DNA of 64,000 nucleotides, from assembly GCF_009914755.1 (NCBI RefSeq), contig NC_060948.1. One strand, given 5' to 3'. The DNA comes from the human T2T-CHM13v2.0 reference genome, Homo sapiens. Positions 62,301-64,000 of the stretch are shown here, piece by piece. A model generated the notes under the pieces. It was not told the DNA's origin and ran no database searches. It saw only the letters and a list, made by a program, of their open reading frames with translations. The position numbers were made by a program, and so were the translations under genes. The stretch's first letter is position 1. Each line of letters opens with the position of its first letter.

Positions 62301-64000
62301 GATTCGAATGGAATGAAAAAGAATTGAATGGAATAGAACAGAATGGAATCAAATCGAATGAAATGGAATGGAATAGAAAGGAATGGAATGAAATGGAATG
62401 GAAAGGATTCGAATGGAATGCAATCGAATGGACTGGAATCGAACGGAATGGAATAAAATGGAAGAAAACTGGCAAGAAATGGAATCGAAATGAATGGAGT
62501 GTTATGGAACGGACTCAAAAGGAATTGAATGTAATAGAATGGAGTGGAGTGGACTCCAATATAATAGACTGGAATGAAATGAAATCACATGGAATGGGAA
62601 CGAATGGAATGGAATGGAAAGGAATGGAATCGAATGGAAAGGAATCGAATGGAAGGGAATGAAATTGAATCAACAGGAATGGAAAGGAGTAGAATAGACG
62701 GTAATGGAATGGGCTCGAATAGAATGGACACGAATGCTCAAATTAAATGGACTCGAATGGAATGGAAACGAAAGGAATGTCATCGAATGGAATTGAATCG
62801 ATTGGAATGAAATCACATAGAATGGAGTGGAATCAAATGGAATTGAATCGAAAGGAAAGGAAGCGAATGGACTGAAATGAAATGGAATGGAATTGAATGG
62901 AAATTAATGCAATGGAATAGAATGGAAAGAAATTTCACGGAATGGAATCAAACTGAATGGAATCAAATCAATGGAATATAATCAAATGGAATGGAAAGGA
63001 ATTGAATGGAGTAGATTGGATTGGATGGGATTGGAATGAAATGTACTGGAAAGGACTCGAATTTCATGAAACGGAATGGAATGAATTAGAACGGAATGGA
63101 CTCGAATGGAATGGAATATCACGGAATGGCATCAAATGGAATGGCATCAATTGGAATGGAATCGAATGCAATGGAATGCTATGGAATGGAATGGAATGCA
63201 TTGGAATGGAATGTCCTCTAATGGAATGGATTCGAGTGGAATGGAATCGAATATAATGGAGTCTAATGAAATGGAATTGAAAGGAATGGGATCCAATACA
63301 ATGGAATATACTGGAATGTAATGTAATGAACTCGAATGTAATTGACTGGAATGGAATGTACATGAATGGAATGTAATCGAATGGAAAGTAATCCAATGGA
63401 ATAGAATCTAATGCAATAAAATCGACTCAAGTAGAGTAGAATATAATGGAATGGAGTGCAGTGCAATGGAATGGAATGGAATGGAATGCAATGGAATGGA
63501 ATGGAATGGAATGGAATGGATTGTGATGGAATGGTATGGAATGGATAGTAATGGACTGGAGTGAAATGGACTGGAAAGGAATGGACTCAAATTGAAAGGG
63601 CTCGAAAGGAATGGAGTCAAATGGAATGGTCTGGAATGGAATGAACACGAATGTAATGCAATCCAATAGAATGGAATCGAATGGCATGGAATATAAAGAA
63701 ATGGAATCGAAGAGAATGGAAACAAATGGAATGGAATTGAATGGAATGGAATTGAATGGAATGGGAACGAATGGAGTGAAATTGTATGCAGTAGAAGAGA
63801 ATAGAATGGAATGCAAGCGAAAGGAAAGGAATGGATTGGAATGGAATGGAATTCATTGGAATGGAAGGGAATGTAGTGTAATGGACAGGCCTGGAATAAA
63901 GTGGAATGCTACGGTCTCGAATGGAATAAAAATGTATGGAATGGAATGCAATGAAACGGAATCGAATGTCATAGAATGTAATGGAATGCAAAAAAATGGA
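59350..64000 (+). repeat. Second copy of ~45290-49937 at a period of 14063 bp (four monomers)
   Basis: Near-identical ORF-track peptides at 45504/59567, 46610/60673, 47600/61663, 48894/62957 and 49364/63427. Confidence 0.88.

Larger units (their letters stand above)
16626..64000 (+). repeat. DYZ1: DYZ1 / HSat3 satellite array, diverged (GGAAT)n organised in ~3.5 kb monomers
   Basis: GGAAT pentamers on + throughout. Unique landmarks (CTGGCAGGGAAT, GAAGAAAACTGGCAAG, CAGGCCTG, GGCTGGGTGTCG, CAGCCACGG) recur once per monomer. Monomer starts: 16626, 19405, 22949, 26498, 30042, 33571, 37140, 40709, 44222, 47734, 51273, 54787, 58286, 61797. Typically one HaeIII site per monomer (e.g. 21491), fitting the classical ~3.4-3.6 kb Y band. 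Confidence 0.96.

Noticed and set aside
16677-63991. Hundreds of ORFs up to 275 aa (MEWNG-type on +, IPFHS-type on -)
   Set aside because: These are automatic translations of (GGAAT)n and (ATTCC)n, which have no stop codons in any frame. They overlap in all frames, repeat with the satellite and show no domain or gene context.
16626-64000. CRISPR array, telomeric repeat or alpha-satellite centromere
   Set aside because: No constant repeat with unique spacers, no cas genes, no TTAGGG tracts and no 171-bp period.
16626-64000. HSat2 or a pathogenic pure (TGGAA)n expansion
   Set aside because: The HSat2 hallmark CATTCGATTC with CATCATCGAATGG-type 23-26 bp units does not dominate, and pure pentamer runs are short inside a conserved 3.5 kb unit.

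Overview
This window is entirely tandem satellite DNA with no credible protein-coding or RNA gene. It looks like human Yq12 heterochromatin at a DYZ2-to-DYZ1 block boundary. Bases 1-16626 are a head-to-tail array of ~2.42 kb DYZ2 (HSat1B) units, each with ~1.55 kb of AT-rich DNA, a diverged minus-strand Alu and a ~570 bp moderately GC-rich HSATI-type segment. That array has six near-complete units, one internally deleted unit with no Alu, and one truncated unit. From 16626 to the end is a (GGAAT)n-derived DYZ1 (HSat3) array with 13 complete monomers (2779, 3544, 3549, 3544, 3529, 3569, 3569, 3513, 3512, 3539, 3514, 3499, 3511 bp) plus a partial one. I see no new gene system. The points of interest are structural and regulatory: a base-sharp junction with damaged, diverged units on both sides, ancestral-like Alu bases at the array edge, nested 3.5, 7.1 and 14.1 kb duplications with mosaic patches, strict pentamer-phase conservation, and three perfect heat-shock elements per DYZ1 monomer. 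All comparisons were made by eye and from ORF-track offsets, not by alignment software.
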